A stretch of DNA of 64,000 nt, from positions 133,893 to 197,892 of the forward strand of contig JALGVJ010000002.1 of assembly GCA_029838195.1 (NCBI GenBank), read 5' to 3'. Shown here piece by piece: positions 18,175 through 28,529 of this stretch. This DNA comes from Promethearchaeota archaeon. GTDB taxonomy: Archaea > Asgardarchaeota > Lokiarchaeia > Sigyniarchaeales > SOKP01. The position numbers were made by a program, and so were the translations under genes. The notes under the pieces are model-generated. The model saw only the letters and a program-made list of their open reading frames with translations, had not been told where the DNA came from and did no database searches. Positions within the stretch are counted from its first letter, which is position 1, and each line of letters opens with the position of its first letter.

Positions 18175-18607
18175 TGTAATAAATTTCTTTCTTCCACACG
18201 GCTATTTCTTTTTTGTATCTTTCCACTGCTACTTCTAATGCTTTAAAACCTTCTTCTCGGTGGGAAGAGGCTACGACTACATGGACTAATTCCTCAGAAA
18301 GATTAAATTCTCCTTTTAAATGAACGATAATGAGTTCAATGATTTCTTCAGATTGCTTGAGTTCCGTACATATTTTTTCAATACTTTTATTCGCAACTTC
18401 CTCATATGCATCTATTAACATGGCCTTGACGGGCTTTCCATCGATGGACTTTTCTCGAACTATTCCTGTAAACGTGAGGATGGCTCCTGCTTCTTTAATT
18501 TGCGGATGTTTTTTTAAAGATTGAACAATGGAATCAAGCGTTATTGTTCCTTTAAGATAAATACCTGATTTGATATTTATCAAGCGATCATTCTTAAATT
18601 TTATCAC
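18149..18607 (-). CDS. moaE: Molybdopterin synthase catalytic subunit MoaE
   Basis: GAILTFTGIVR, VASSHREEGF, KKEIAVWKKE. Confidence 0.93.
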   Translation of the reverse strand: MIKFKNDRLINIKSGIYLKGTITLDSIVQSLKKHPQIKEAGAILTFTGIVREKSIDGKPVKAMLIDAYEEVANKSIEKICTELKQSEEIIELIIVHLKGEFNLSEELVHVVVASSHREEGFKALEVAVERYKKEIAVWKKEIYYNGTSRWIH

Positions 18608-18888
18608 CCTCCTGAAATTGGTAAAAGAAAAGCAATTTTATCACCGTCCGATAAAGTTATAGAAAGCGATGCGTTTGATGGCTGAGCTTCATGATTTAAC
18701 ATGATCGAAATGTTTTCATTCAAATCTTGGGTATTTTCATTCCATAACAATTTTTCAAGGTTCGGATATTTTTTCATGAGCAATCTAATGACTTCTTTTA
18801 ACCTATTGTCATCATCTAATTCAACAATCTCTCGCTCTTTACCCGTAATATCTTTAAAATCTGCAAAATATAATATTTCAATCTTCAT
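18604..18888 (-). CDS. moaD: MoaD/ThiS ubiquitin-like sulfur carrier
   Basis: Likely start MKIEILYFA at 18888; ends LSDGDKIAFLLPISGG (di-Gly). Confidence 0.92.
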   Translation of the reverse strand: MKIEILYFADFKDITGKEREIVELDDDNRLKEVIRLLMKKYPNLEKLLWNENTQDLNENISIMLNHEAQPSNASLSITLSDGDKIAFLLPISGG

Positions 18889-18919
18889 GGTGTTTCGATC
18901 TTTATTATCCTCATTATTC

Positions 18920-19852
18920 TTAATAATACGGTTTTCTTGACTCAACCACTTGGCGAACAATTTCTTCATATTTAGCCATGGAATAATGATTTTTTAAAGC
19001 GTCCTTAACATTCTTACCTAAATCAGAACGATATAAACAGCCAAAAAGATTACCATCACATCCCACCCGTAGTTTCGTGCAGCCCAAGCAAAATTCATGA
19101 CTTGGAATTATCGTCTCAATTACAGCAATATTCTCTTTAGGTGTCTTGATTTTGAATACTTTTCGGTTTTGCATGCTCCCTCTCGTCCTTATTTCGATAG
19201 CTTTTTTTTCTAATTCATTAATAATTGGATTTAAATCCACGTGATGCCTATTATAAAAAGAACCGTTTCCCCCCACTTCCTTGGAAATTTGATGCAATTC
19301 AATTAATTGCAATACAAATCCATTTTTTCCGCAAAATTCTATCATGTCAGTTAATTCCATGTCGTTTATTTCTTTTAATACGACAAAATTAATTTTTATT
19401 GGATCAAATCCTGCCTCTTTTGCAATTTTTAATCCTTCCAGCACGCGCACTAATGCATTAGAACCATATATTCTTTCATAAGTAGCTGAATGTAATGAAC
19501 CGAGCGATACATTTATCCGATTTAAACCCGCTTCTTTTAATTGCCTTGCTTTTTCTGCCAGAAAAAAACCATTAGTTGTAAGGGAGATATCTTTATAAAG
19601 TCCTAAATCTGATACCCTTTTAATTATCTCAATGACCTCTTTCCGGCATAAAGGTTCTCCCCCCGTGAATTTTATCCGGGTTATCTTCAATATCTCCCCC
19701 AAAATTCTACATAATTTTACAATCTCTTCCACCGTGAGCTCAGCAGTTTTCGGAATAAATCCCTCTTTATCACAATAAATGCAATTAAAATTACACTTAG
19801 AAGTAATTGAGAACCGCAAGTGCTTGATCTCTCGATTACACGAATCCTTCAT
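18920..19852 (-). CDS. moaA: GTP 3',8-cyclase MoaA (radical SAM, archaeal type)
   Basis: CNFNCIYC, TGGEP, second cluster FCLGC..LR...G.L.GCL; ends RKPYY rather than GG. Confidence 0.95.
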   Translation of the reverse strand: MKDSCNREIKHLRFSITSKCNFNCIYCDKEGFIPKTAELTVEEIVKLCRILGEILKITRIKFTGGEPLCRKEVIEIIKRVSDLGLYKDISLTTNGFFLAEKARQLKEAGLNRINVSLGSLHSATYERIYGSNALVRVLEGLKIAKEAGFDPIKINFVVLKEINDMELTDMIEFCGKNGFVLQLIELHQISKEVGGNGSFYNRHHVDLNPIINELEKKAIEIRTRGSMQNRKVFKIKTPKENIAVIETIIPSHEFCLGCTKLRVGCDGNLFGCLYRSDLGKNVKDALKNHYSMAKYEEIVRQVVESRKPYY

Positions 19853-20292
19853 GATACTTGCTCATGACCTTTTATTTTTTCCTCTACTTTAATATCGGAT
19901 ATGAATGTCGAAGGATATTGCCCATTCTCATCTTTCTCATGCTTTTTGATCACGTCCCAAATGTTAAGAAGGGCGATTGAAACGCCAGTAAGAGCTTCCA
20001 TTTCCACCCCCGTTTTAGCATGACTTTTTACCGTACACGTGAGCTTGATCACGTTCTCTCCCTCAAAATTAATGGAAAAGGCGACATTGTTTATTGGAAT
20101 CGGATGACAAAAAGGAATTAACTCTGGTGTCTTTTTCACGGCAGTAATGCCCGCCGTCTTCATGATTGTTTCAACATCTCCTTTCTCAACCAACTGATTC
20201 TTTATCCGTTCCACGCTTTCTTTTTTTAAAAAAATTTTTCCCGATGCCGTGGCGATTCTTGAAATTGTATTTTTTTGGGAGATATCAATCAT
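19849..20292 (-). CDS. moaC: Cyclic pyranopterin monophosphate synthase MoaC
   Basis: MIDISQK, KGDV, LIPFCHP, TGVEMEAL. Confidence 0.95.
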   Translation of the reverse strand: MIDISQKNTISRIATASGKIFLKKESVERIKNQLVEKGDVETIMKTAGITAVKKTPELIPFCHPIPINNVAFSINFEGENVIKLTCTVKSHAKTGVEMEALTGVSIALLNIWDVIKKHEKDENGQYPSTFISDIKVEEKIKGHEQVS

Positions 20293-20559
20293 TTTTATCG
20301 ATATGTTTGCTGGTTACAATCGACTTGATTTCATCAATATTACTTTAATATTAAAATTTTCCTTATTTATTCTTCACTTTACTCTTTAAATGTACCCTTC
20401 ACGCTTTCGTTTCTCATGAACGTGTCTTCGAATAAGAAGCGTTGGTTTAAAACTTTCATGCTTCTAAAACATAACCTTTAAATTTAATTTCAAATTACGA
20501 TATGTATTATAGTACACAACGGACTTGTTATAAAAAAAATAAAGATTTAAGAAAAAATC

Positions 20560-21507
20560 ATGCGGAAAAGAATGAAATTAGGCATTTTAACATTAATTAT
20601 TTTGATAATCATCGGCTCTTCTATTGCAATCATTTTTACCTCAGAACAATCAAAAGAGCGTGTAATTTTAGCAACTACAACTTCGACTAATGATTCGGGT
20701 TTACTAGATTATCTTTTACCCGTGTATGAGAAAAAATGGAACATTCGAATCGAAGTGTTATCTCTTGGAACAGGTAAAGCCATCGCAACGGCACAAAGAG
20801 GAGATGCAGACTTATTACTGGTTCATGCCAGAGAAAAAGAAGATCTATTCATTGAACAAGGATATGGCGTGCATCGTGCTTGCATCATGTACAATGATTT
20901 TATCATTATTGGTCCTTCTGCTGATCCGGCCGGCATTAATGGAAGTTCTATAAAAACAACCATGCAAAAATTGAAATCAGAAGGAGAGGCCGGGAAAATA
21001 GTGTTTTACTCAAGAGGCGATAACTCGGGAACTCATATCAAGGAATTAGAACTTTGGGCGCTTATCGGGTTCACGCCAAATCCTTTAAGAGATTCTTGGT
21101 ATAAAGAAACGGGGACAGGAATGGGCAATACATTAACGATAACGGACCAAAATAATGGGTATACACTCATTGATAGAGGAACGTGGCTTTTTTCAAAAGA
21201 TAACGTGGAATTAACGCTTTTGGTGGAAGGAGATAAAATTTTATTAAATCCTTATGGCGTGATGGCTGTTAATCCCGAGAAGCATCCTGGAGTTGATATC
21301 AAATTTGAATGGGCAATGAGCATTATAGCTTGGCTTACCTCTGAAGAAGGCCAAACACTCATTGGTGGGTATACCGTGAATGGAGAAGTTTTATTTCATC
21401 CTTGTTTTGGAATTTGTGATCAGACTCACGATTGTCCAACAACAGCGGAAGAAGTAGCATTTTGGAGTAAATATAATGGAGGATATACAGGCTCCGAGAG
21501 TTTATGA
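20560..21507 (+). CDS. tupA: Tungstate ABC transporter substrate-binding protein
   Basis: N-terminal TM anchor; LATTTSTNDSGLL tungstate signature; SRGDNSGTH.KE. Confidence 0.92.
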   Translation: MRKRMKLGILTLIILIIIGSSIAIIFTSEQSKERVILATTTSTNDSGLLDYLLPVYEKKWNIRIEVLSLGTGKAIATAQRGDADLLLVHAREKEDLFIEQGYGVHRACIMYNDFIIIGPSADPAGINGSSIKTTMQKLKSEGEAGKIVFYSRGDNSGTHIKELELWALIGFTPNPLRDSWYKETGTGMGNTLTITDQNNGYTLIDRGTWLFSKDNVELTLLVEGDKILLNPYGVMAVNPEKHPGVDIKFEWAMSIIAWLTSEEGQTLIGGYTVNGEVLFHPCFGICDQTHDCPTTAEEVAFWSKYNGGYTGSESL

Positions 21508-21598
21508 TTTAAATACAATCAAAATACTATAAAAAACTTTAAACTTTTTTTTAATTTTAATAATTGAATTAATTAATAGAAAGAGGAAGGAGATTCTT

Positions 21599-22294
21599 AT
21601 GAAAAATGAAATCATTCAAGGAATTATTCAAGCAATCATGTTGATAATTATGTTTGATAGAGAAATTTGGTTTACAGTAATCCTTTCAATTGGCGTTTCA
21701 GGAACAGCTACATTCATCGCAAGCATGATTGGCTTACCAATAGGCTCTCTAATGGGCTTGCGAGATTTTTGGGGAAAAAAAAGCATTACAAATTTACTAA
21801 ATACATTTATGGGATTTCCTCCCGTCATCATGGGATTATTTGTTTTTTTATTGCTTTCAAAAAATGGACCTCTTGGTTCTCTGGGATTATTATATACCCC
21901 AACTGCCATGATTATTGCCCAATTACTTTTAGCCATACCCATAATAGCAGGAACTACTAAAGCCGCTATAGAATCCGTCGATCCCGCATTAAGAGAGACC
22001 ATATTATCATTAGGTGCCACTGAAATTGAATTATGGTGGGAATTGATTAAAGATTCTAAACGATCAATCATTGCCGGAATTCTTGTTGCATTTGGACAAG
22101 CAATTAGCGAAGTTGGGGCTGTAATGATTGTCGGGGGCAATATTCGTTGGCACACACGTGTTTTTACAACCTCTATAGTTTATCAAACCCAAATGGGAGA
22201 ATTTGGAATGGCAATTGCTTTAGGTTTCATTCTCATTAGTGTTGCATTTATCTTGAACTATACTTTAACTTACTTACAGTCTAAAGAAGATTAA
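21599..22294 (+). CDS. tupB: Tungstate ABC transporter permease
   Basis: PPVIMGL, GPLG.LGLLYT..AMIIAQ, SEVGAVMIVGGNI...TR. Confidence 0.93.
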   Translation: MKNEIIQGIIQAIMLIIMFDREIWFTVILSIGVSGTATFIASMIGLPIGSLMGLRDFWGKKSITNLLNTFMGFPPVIMGLFVFLLLSKNGPLGSLGLLYTPTAMIIAQLLLAIPIIAGTTKAAIESVDPALRETILSLGATEIELWWELIKDSKRSIIAGILVAFGQAISEVGAVMIVGGNIRWHTRVFTTSIVYQTQMGEFGMAIALGFILISVAFILNYTLTYLQSKED

Positions 22295-22295
22295 A

Positions 22296-23390
22296 ATGAA
22301 TTATTTATTGCGAGTGGAACATCTTTCAAAAACTTATTTTAAGAAAAATGGTTCTTCGAGAGAAGTATTAAAAAATATCTCTTTTTCCCTAAAGAAAGGA
22401 GAATGTTTTGTAATTATTGGGCCAAATGGTTCAGGTAAAACTACCTTATTAAGAATTTTAGGATTATTAGAGCCTCCTTCCGGCGGAAACATGTATTATG
22501 ATGGAATAAACCTGAGAACGCTCCCCAAGAAAGAACTGATCTCGTACCGTAGAAAATTTTCTTTTGTACGTCAAAAGCCGGTCGTGTTAGATACCACCGT
22601 TTATAACAATATCGCTTTTGGATTGAAAGTTCGAGACTTTAATAAAAAGGAGATTGATTCAGCAGTTAAAGAGATTATTAAATTAGTTGGGCTAGAAGGG
22701 ATGGAAAAAAAGAATGCCCGTTCTCTTTCGGGAGGAGAAATGCAGCGCGTTGCGATTGCCATGAATTTTGTTGTTTCGCCGGAAATTTATCTATTGGATG
22801 AAGTATCTGCCAATTTAGATCCACAAAATATCGTTCTCCTGAATGAGTTAATTAATACAATTAAACAAAATTTGGACAAAACAATTATTTTAAGCACGCA
22901 TGATAAATTAGAAGCAATTAAATTTGCGGATAAGATAGGTGTATTAAATAATGGTAGCTTTACTCAAGTAGGCTCTCCATCAAATATATTTACAAATCCA
23001 AAAGATGAATATACAGCTCGATTTGTTGGATATGAAAACATTTTTGTTGGTATGGGTAAAGTCGAGCCGACTTCAGGATTAAATAAAATAAAGATTAATG
23101 ATCTTACAATCGTTGCATCCATCCAGAAAGAAGGAGAAGTTAAAGCTTGTATTCGTCCTGAAAGTATCGTGATTTCAAAAAATCCCCAAAAAGATGTGAG
23201 CTTTCGTAATAATTTCAAGGGTATAATAAGAGAAATAAGAGATTTAGGTAATATTTGCCATGTTTTCGTGCAATGCTATTCAGAACAGTTCTTAGTATCA
23301 ATTACCAATAATGCTCGTAAGAATCTGAATTTAAATGTCGGCTCCCAAGTTTATATAAGCTTTAAAGCTACAGATATCACTATTCTTTAA
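22296..23390 (+). CDS. tupC: Tungstate ABC transporter ATPase with C-terminal TOBE domain
   Basis: GPNGSGKTT, LSGGE, LLDE; TOBE-like C-terminus (SITNNARKNLNL..G..V...FKA). Confidence 0.9.
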   Translation: MNYLLRVEHLSKTYFKKNGSSREVLKNISFSLKKGECFVIIGPNGSGKTTLLRILGLLEPPSGGNMYYDGINLRTLPKKELISYRRKFSFVRQKPVVLDTTVYNNIAFGLKVRDFNKKEIDSAVKEIIKLVGLEGMEKKNARSLSGGEMQRVAIAMNFVVSPEIYLLDEVSANLDPQNIVLLNELINTIKQNLDKTIILSTHDKLEAIKFADKIGVLNNGSFTQVGSPSNIFTNPKDEYTARFVGYENIFVGMGKVEPTSGLNKIKINDLTIVASIQKEGEVKACIRPESIVISKNPQKDVSFRNNFKGIIREIRDLGNICHVFVQCYSEQFLVSITNNARKNLNLNVGSQVYISFKATDITIL

Positions 23391-23499
23391 ACTCATGATG
23401 GTTTCTCAATTTCCACTGAATTTAACGTAATATTTCCCCAATTTATGGAAAAAGAAATAAGGGAAAATGATTATATCTTACCTAAAAAATACATGGATT

Positions 23500-24672
23500 T
23501 TATATAGCTAATTTTTCTAATTTTCTTTTCGCTTCGTTTAAGGTTTCTGGTTTTTTACAAAAACAAAATCTCGTCTGAGTTTCTCCATCCTTTCCGCTGG
23601 CATAAAAAGAAGAGCCCGGCACGGTAGCAATTCCAATGTTTTTTATTAAATATAATGCTAATTCCGTTGAAGTTTTAAGATCATGTTTTTCCATGTATTT
23701 TTCACAATTAGTCATGATATAATACGCTCCTTGTGGCTTGATTGGTTGGAGATCGGTTTCTTTTAATGCGTTATAAAGCGTATCTCTTGCTTTGGTATAA
23801 AAATCTCTCAACCATGAATAATAATCGTAATCCAAAGACAGAGCAAATGCTGCGGCTTCTTGAAGGGGAGCTGGAGCACCAACGGTGAGAAAATCATGTA
23901 CCTTTTTTATTTCAGAGGTGATTTTTTCACTTGCAATGGTCCAACCGACTCTCCACCCCGTTAAAGAATAGGTTTTTGAAATGGAATTAATTGTAATGGA
24001 ATTATCCTGCATTTCATCCAAAGAAGCAATTGAGAGATGTTTATTGTTATCATAAATTATATGCTCATAGATCTCGTCTGTAATTGCGATGGCATCGTAT
24101 TTAATGCATAAATCTGCAATGAACTTAATTTCTTTTTCAGAGAAGACTTTGCCAGTGGGATTATTTGGGGTATTTAAAATAATAGCTTTCGTTTTAGTAG
24201 TAAATAAATTTTCAAGTTCATCAAAATCAAATGTCCAATCAGGGGGATTTAATTTAATGTACTTGGGAGTAGCTCCCGATAAGAGACAGTCTGGGCCATA
24301 GTTTTCATAAAAAGGGGAAAAGATTATAACTTCATCCCCTGGATTGACGCCAGCTTTCATTGCTGAAATCATGCATTCCGTGGAACCACAACAAACAACA
24401 ATATTTAAATCTTTATCAACCCATTTCATGTTATTATATTTAGCAACCTTTTTTGCTATCGCAGTTCTTAACGTCTCAGAGCCCCATGTAATGGCATATT
24501 GATTAATATTCGCTTGAATGGCTTCAATAGCAGCTTGTTTTATGGATTCAGGGGCTGGAAAATCAGGAAAACCTTGAGCCAAATTGATACAACCGGGATG
24601 CTGATTAGCCACCCGTGTCATTTCCCTGATAACGGATTCTTTAAAAGTTGCGGTAATTTTTGATAGCTCCAT
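23500..24672 (-). CDS. PLP-dependent class I/II aminotransferase (YbdL/kynurenine-aminotransferase-like)
   Basis: INLAQGFPDF, NTPNNPTGKV, DEIYEH, SISKTYSLTGWRVG. Confidence 0.92.
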   Translation of the reverse strand: MELSKITATFKESVIREMTRVANQHPGCINLAQGFPDFPAPESIKQAAIEAIQANINQYAITWGSETLRTAIAKKVAKYNNMKWVDKDLNIVVCCGSTECMISAMKAGVNPGDEVIIFSPFYENYGPDCLLSGATPKYIKLNPPDWTFDFDELENLFTTKTKAIILNTPNNPTGKVFSEKEIKFIADLCIKYDAIAITDEIYEHIIYDNNKHLSIASLDEMQDNSITINSISKTYSLTGWRVGWTIASEKITSEIKKVHDFLTVGAPAPLQEAAAFALSLDYDYYSWLRDFYTKARDTLYNALKETDLQPIKPQGAYYIMTNCEKYMEKHDLKTSTELALYLIKNIGIATVPGSSFYASGKDGETQTRFCFCKKPETLNEAKRKLEKLAI

Positions 24673-24885
24673 GATAAATTTTGAAGTTTTTTCATGACTA
24701 AGATAAAAATCTATAGTTTATTTAAGATTTTTAATGATTAAATCTTTCTGATTGCCCTCCATTTTAAAAATTTATACTTATTATTATCAATAATTATTAC
24801 TTCTTTTTGAAAAAAGAAGGCCTTCACAAAATTTAATAAATTAAAGAAAATTCCTTAAAATCTTGCTTAAGAATTGAGTTTTAAT

Positions 24886-25581
24886 TTAAAAAAATTCGAG
24901 AATTTCCCATAAACTATTTATGATGTAATCTGGTTGTATTGCCCATTGAGTAATTGTTCCCGAATATTTCGCTTCTTCTCTTAATATTAAACAAGCATCA
25001 ATTTGAGCTCTTTTTGCAGCTATTATATCAATTTTTGAATCTCCAATCATAATGGCCTCTTCCGCGTTTGTTGAGTTGAACCCAAGGTGGTCTAATGTTA
25101 TTTTTATTCCTGTTGGAGCCGGTTTGGCAAATTCTTGCGGATATTCGGAAGAGAGAGCAAACACGTGATGAAAATATTCCTTTATCTTAAATTTTGTTAG
25201 CATGTATTCCACGATATAATATGCCGTGTTAGAAACGATGCCTAATTTCACGTTTTTCCACTTTTTTAAAAGATTGACTAAGATAGGGCGAACATCCGAA
25301 AAAAGTTTAATTTTATTTTCCTTCATCAAAATCCTTCGATGAGAAAAATCCAAAAAATCATATTCTTCCCAGAACTTGTCTATTTCAGGCACCCTCCATT
25401 CTTCCAACAAAATTCTGTAATTTTCTCCTGCTTCCCATAATTTATTTCTAATCTTTCGTTCGGGAACGCATTCAGTTAGTTTTTGCAAGGTTTTAACTAA
25501 AATGGAATCAAAATAATTAGAGGGATCCGGAATGTGAATCAAGCAATTATCCAAATCAAATAAAAAAAACCGATACTTCAT
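24886..25581 (-). CDS. HAD-superfamily hydrolase
   Basis: FDLDNCL (DxD), VSN, KP.P, MIGDSKIDI. Confidence 0.9.
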   Translation of the reverse strand: MKYRFFLFDLDNCLIHIPDPSNYFDSILVKTLQKLTECVPERKIRNKLWEAGENYRILLEEWRVPEIDKFWEEYDFLDFSHRRILMKENKIKLFSDVRPILVNLLKKWKNVKLGIVSNTAYYIVEYMLTKFKIKEYFHHVFALSSEYPQEFAKPAPTGIKITLDHLGFNSTNAEEAIMIGDSKIDIIAAKRAQIDACLILREEAKYSGTITQWAIQPDYIINSLWEILEFF

Positions 25582-25596
25582 GGGGGCAACCCGCGT

Positions 25597-25962
25597 TTAA
25601 AAATATCCCACGTGTCCCAGATTATTTCCTTTTTCATCCAACGCAAATACTAACCCCATGGAAAGAATCTCCTCTTCTTTCTCCGCTTCCTGCTTAGAGG
25701 GTTTAGCCACTTTTTTTATTGTTTCAAATTTTAATTGAAAAATCCCCCCACACTTCTTGCATTTGATATGGATAATTTTCACGTGTTTATTTTCATCATC
25801 GTGCTCCTCTTTCTTAAAAGGTTCTAATAACGCTTTATCTGTATTATCACATCCTTTTAAAAAGCATTGATCTAAACTAATTTTTTCCATGCCGCGTCGA
25901 GCTAATGATATCCAAGCATGGCTTGGGATTTCCATCCACAAATCTTCTTCTTGATCGGTCAT
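25597..25962 (-). CDS. Small putative Zn-binding protein
   Basis: CFLKGC and CKKC cysteine pairs. Confidence 0.7.
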   Translation of the reverse strand: MTDQEEDLWMEIPSHAWISLARRGMEKISLDQCFLKGCDNTDKALLEPFKKEEHDDENKHVKIIHIKCKKCGGIFQLKFETIKKVAKPSKQEAEKEEEILSMGLVFALDEKGNNLGHVGYF

Positions 25963-26170
25963 GATTTTCTCTTTTAAAAATCTTTCTTTTCTTTAATTTA
26001 ATTAATTACTACTCTTTATCCTTTTAAATTGGTAAAAGGTAATAAATTCTTTAGATTATAATTTATAGAAACATCATTATTTTTCGTTTAACAATGAAAC
26101 AGGCTCTGATTTAATGATAAGAAGCTACTGAGAGAAATTTTTCCTTTTCTTTGCTTTTTAAGGGATTCTA

Positions 26171-26680
26171 CTAACTTGTATTTTCTTTTAATTCATCAAG
26201 AATATCCCTTACCATTTTTCTCGCTTGATCTGCGTAAACAAAATTTTTATCAATGCTTAACGCTTTTTCATAATATTCGAGCGCTTTTTCATATTCATTT
26301 AACGATTCGTGAAGTAACCCGATATTATAATAACAATACTTGTAATTTGGCTTTATTTTGAGTGCTTGCTGAAATTTATCCAGCGCTTTATCATTTTCAT
26401 TTAGATTGAAATACACCACGCCTAAACTATAAAGTGCTCGATAATTTTCTGGTTCCATTTTCAAGATTTTCTTGAAAACTTTTTTTGCTTTTTCATATTC
26501 CAAGACATATTCGTCGTTTAAGTAATTTCCATATGAAAAGAGCGTATCTATTAATTGTTGGTATATAACCGTATCCGCGGGATCATTTTTTTGGAGCTGT
26601 TCTAAAAGTTCAATTGCTTCTTCATATCTTCCTTCTTCTTTATAATTTTTCGCTTTTTCGAGGTTTTCGTCTCTATTCAT
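26171..26680 (-). CDS. Tetratricopeptide-repeat protein
   Basis: About 4 TPR motifs, e.g. ALYSLGVVYFNLNENDKALDKFQQALKIKP. Confidence 0.9.
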   Translation of the reverse strand: MNRDENLEKAKNYKEEGRYEEAIELLEQLQKNDPADTVIYQQLIDTLFSYGNYLNDEYVLEYEKAKKVFKKILKMEPENYRALYSLGVVYFNLNENDKALDKFQQALKIKPNYKYCYYNIGLLHESLNEYEKALEYYEKALSIDKNFVYADQARKMVRDILDELKENTS

Positions 26681-26779
26681 GGAACCTTGAAAGATATGTG
26701 ATAATTTATGAAAAAAATAGAATGGACCAATTTAATTTTTATGTTATTTTAATCTTAATAACAAACATTATTAAGCATC

Positions 26780-27337
26780 ATGAATGTTTTAAACGAAATT
26801 TCACGTGCATACAAAAAACTATTTAAAATGAAAAAAAAACTTAATAAAATCAAAATTCCGATTAAAAAGTTGCGAGAAGGACTCGTAATTCCTAAGCCAT
26901 CGAAATCAGGTGATGCTGGCGCAGATGCAAGAATCATGGGGTTTAAAAGAATTATTATTGAAAATGGAGAGAAGCAGTTAGTTGATATTGATGAAGAAGA
27001 AATCATATTAAAACCGCTGGAACGTGTCGCATGTCCTTTAGGATTTTCAACGGCGATTCCCGAGGGGTATTATTTTAAAGTCGTGCCCCGCAGTGGTTTG
27101 GCCTTATGGGCGGGAATTTCAATCGTAAATTCCCCTGGAACGATTGATGCGGGATATAGAAATGAATGGATGGCAATCATCGTGAATTTATCGAATCGTG
27201 AAGTACATCTCAAGAAAGGTGAAAGAATTTGCCAAATCATTTTGAGTAAAATGCACGAGTATGAATTTAAAGAAGTAGAAGAATTGCCACCTTCAGAACG
27301 TGGCTTGGGAGGTTTTGGTTCGACAGGTACTCAATAA
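26780..27337 (+). CDS. dut: Trimeric dUTP diphosphatase (start may be the second ATG, 26828)
   Basis: AGAD, PRSGLA, GTIDAGYR, GERICQ, RGLGGFGSTG (motifs I-V). Confidence 0.95.
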   Translation: MNVLNEISRAYKKLFKMKKKLNKIKIPIKKLREGLVIPKPSKSGDAGADARIMGFKRIIIENGEKQLVDIDEEEIILKPLERVACPLGFSTAIPEGYYFKVVPRSGLALWAGISIVNSPGTIDAGYRNEWMAIIVNLSNREVHLKKGERICQIILSKMHEYEFKEVEELPPSERGLGGFGSTGTQ

Positions 27338-27558
27338 TCATCCATGTGAATTGACTCATGGAAGGGTTTTTTTACTTTTAAAAATTAAATTTAGTTTCAT
27401 TTCAGGTATTATAAGAAGGTAATTCATAAATTTTACATTCTGAAATACAACTTAATAAATAAAGCTTTATTAATAAAAAGGATTTTAATATAAGATAGAA
27501 AAAATTGTATTTTAATTTAAATCTCATCTTCAATTCTTTTAGGAGGAATTTATGAATT

Positions 27559-28296
27559 ATGGAAATTCAAATAATAGAAGTACTTCCGGAAATATTTAGT
27601 CTGATCTTTATAATAATCACGATAATTATTGGAGCAACAATAGTGTCTAAATACTTCAAGTTCAAAAAGAGCCAATTTTTATTCGTAGGAATAGCATGGA
27701 TGGGTATGGCTTTTCCCTCTTTTCCCGAAGTCATTTCTCTATTTATAAGACTTTTTAATTTGAGTGTAAATACAACACTTCTCATGTTCATTTATGTCTT
27801 ACTAAATCTTCTATTAATTCCGGTTTTTTTTAATCTATGGTTTGTTTCATTCACCGATCTCATTGAATTTTCAAAAAGAAATAAGAAACTTTCAATAATG
27901 ACTATTTTAATTGTTAGTATAATCCTTGAACTTATTCTAATTTATTTATATATTTTTGATATACAAGCCTTAGGATTTTTAAAGGAATTTTATCTCGTAG
28001 AATGGACGTTATTCGTAAATCTAATCCTCATTCTTCTTCTGGGATTGATTTTAATTACCGGCTTAATTTTCGCATTTACTTCCATGCGTTCAAAATTACC
28101 GGAAATCGCTTTAAAGGGTAAAATTTTATTTTTAGCATTTATCATCTATGCATGCGGGGCCATTCTGGATGCACTCTTTACAAGTATAACAAGTAATATC
28201 ATCGCTCGGCTCATCCTTGTCATCGGATCATGCTGTTTTTATATGGGATTTATCCTGCCGGAATTTCTAAAGAAAATCTTAATGAAAAAAGCATGA
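27559..28296 (+). CDS. Polytopic (~7 TM) membrane protein
   Basis: About seven hydrophobic segments; GGAGG upstream. Confidence 0.8.
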   Translation: MEIQIIEVLPEIFSLIFIIITIIIGATIVSKYFKFKKSQFLFVGIAWMGMAFPSFPEVISLFIRLFNLSVNTTLLMFIYVLLNLLLIPVFFNLWFVSFTDLIEFSKRNKKLSIMTILIVSIILELILIYLYIFDIQALGFLKEFYLVEWTLFVNLILILLLGLILITGLIFAFTSMRSKLPEIALKGKILFLAFIIYACGAILDALFTSITSNIIARLILVIGSCCFYMGFILPEFLKKILMKKA

Positions 28297-28529
28297 AAGA
28301 AATATAATCTTACTTCCCTTTTTTTAATTTGATTGAAGGAAGCTGAAATGAACGATTTATTTAAAATAAAGCATTCCTGAGGAAATAAGAGTTCCAACTT
28401 CATGAGAAATAAAAGGAAAATCGCAAAAGCTAAAATGTATTTCTCATTTTCTCAAACTTTTATTTCCTTCTTTCATTATCTCTTCTATATTTTTTAATTA
28501 TTTTTTAACATCTGCTTTTTAAATTTAAA

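Noticed and set aside
20401-20442. Possible three-way junction (ACGCT/AGCGT, CGTT/AACG, TCTT/AAGA) between moaC and tupA as a Moco/Wco riboswitch.
   Set aside because: Stems are only 4-5 bp, I recognise no Moco-motif consensus, and it probably lies outside both transcripts.
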